This document shows, one piece after another, positions 63,033-64,000 of a stretch of 64,000 nucleotides of DNA (positions within the stretch are counted from its first letter, which is position 1; each line of letters opens with the position of its first letter). The notes below the pieces were generated by a model that was not told the origin of the DNA, did no database searches, and worked only from the letters and a program-made list of their open reading frames with translations. The DNA is from Phoronis australis (taxonomy: Eukaryota; Animalia; Phoronida): contig NMRA01000029.1 of NCBI GenBank assembly GCA_002633005.1, forward strand, positions 40,549 through 104,548. Reading direction: 5' to 3'. The position numbers and the translations under genes were made by a program.

Positions 63033-63963
63033 GTTGGTCGTGCTTGAATTTTATTTTACATTTTACTGATTTTTTCTTGGGCTCGCCATTTGTCAAATCG
63101 AAAGTATTCACTTTGAGTTTCTGAAAATTTGGTAAAATCTTCCTTATTTAGGACACAATGTGTCCGACAATGAAATTTTGTTTTTTCATTTTGTTGTAGA
63201 AGATAAATAGCGCCAAATAAATGCCATATTATTTTTATAAGATCTATGCCATTAGACAATCATGATCATAAGAAATTGTAGGTATTTGGGCATGACAATG
63301 CAAGATTAGTCCCTGAAAATTAAATAAATGGCAATTATTTTTGTTTGAAATTGGTAAGTGTATGGTTATGAATGTAGGATCATCTTGGGCTCACTTTTCA
63401 GTAAACCTTTCTGCAGTCTGTATTACTCCATTGAAGCAAAACAAAACTCTTGGTTCAAGGTCTGATCTGCACCTGGTAACATGTTAATATTGTTAGGTTA
63501 TTTACATGTAGATACCCAAAACTATATCTTTATATTTACTTTAGAAATACTAAAACGATTTACAGGGCAATTTTCCCATGTGTGCTTTGGGGCCTTGCAA
63601 TAAAAAATCACCCTTTTTATCAATTTTTATGCATTATCACTAAAAGGTAATTACAAATCAGGGTGAATTATTTATTATTATGAGCACAAGATTAAGAAAA
63701 CATCTTTTTTAAAAGTAACAATTTTATGTAATTCTTTTGTAAATAGCACACAAATTATGTTGTCATTCTTACATGGATTTTAGTGGTGACATCATGAATT
63801 TTACCATCAATATTTTTATGGTAAGCTCACAAATTAGTCTGGATTATTCTAATTGCCTTGGCTCACTTAAGGGGAAAGATACCTGTGTCTTTTGAGAGGG
63901 GAATTATTCAGTCGCCCCCGACCCCTCACTGGGCGAAGCCTGTAGTAGCCAAAACGATGTCTT

Positions 63964-63968
<5 letters not shown>

Positions 63969-63997
<29 letters not shown>
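63969..63997. repeat. (CT)n microsatellite
   Basis: ctctct run at the window end. Confidence 0.95.

Positions 63998-64000
<3 letters not shown>

Overview
AT-rich, intron-containing animal (probably marine invertebrate) genomic DNA, with one N gap at 54746-54924. No prokaryotic operons, rRNA, clear tRNA or CRISPR arrays are present. The main feature is a minus-strand TTLL3/TTLL8-family tubulin glycylase gene, rebuilt by hand as 18 phase-consistent coding exons from 53433 to 22691 (2997 nt, ~998 aa), with one GC-AG intron. On the plus strand lie a two-exon small heat-shock protein with two alpha-crystallin domains and a poly-His tract (57450-59868), the first coding exon of a Nanchung/OCR-like TRPV channel (62763-63032), and an unassigned Ser/Pro-rich ORF (106-1044). 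The interval from ~1.4 to 19.5 kb and the introns hold many transposon remnants: Kolobok-like elements (THAP and KolX-like fragments), a complete Helentron-associated HINE, a LINE 3' end, fold-back elements, and pogo/mariner-, hAT- and Harbinger-type MITEs. The most unusual observation is an 11-copy 26-bp minisatellite made by tandem amplification of a TTLL3 exon end plus its 5' splice site. I found no convincing evidence of a wholly new multi-gene system. All family assignments come from motif recognition, not database searches.
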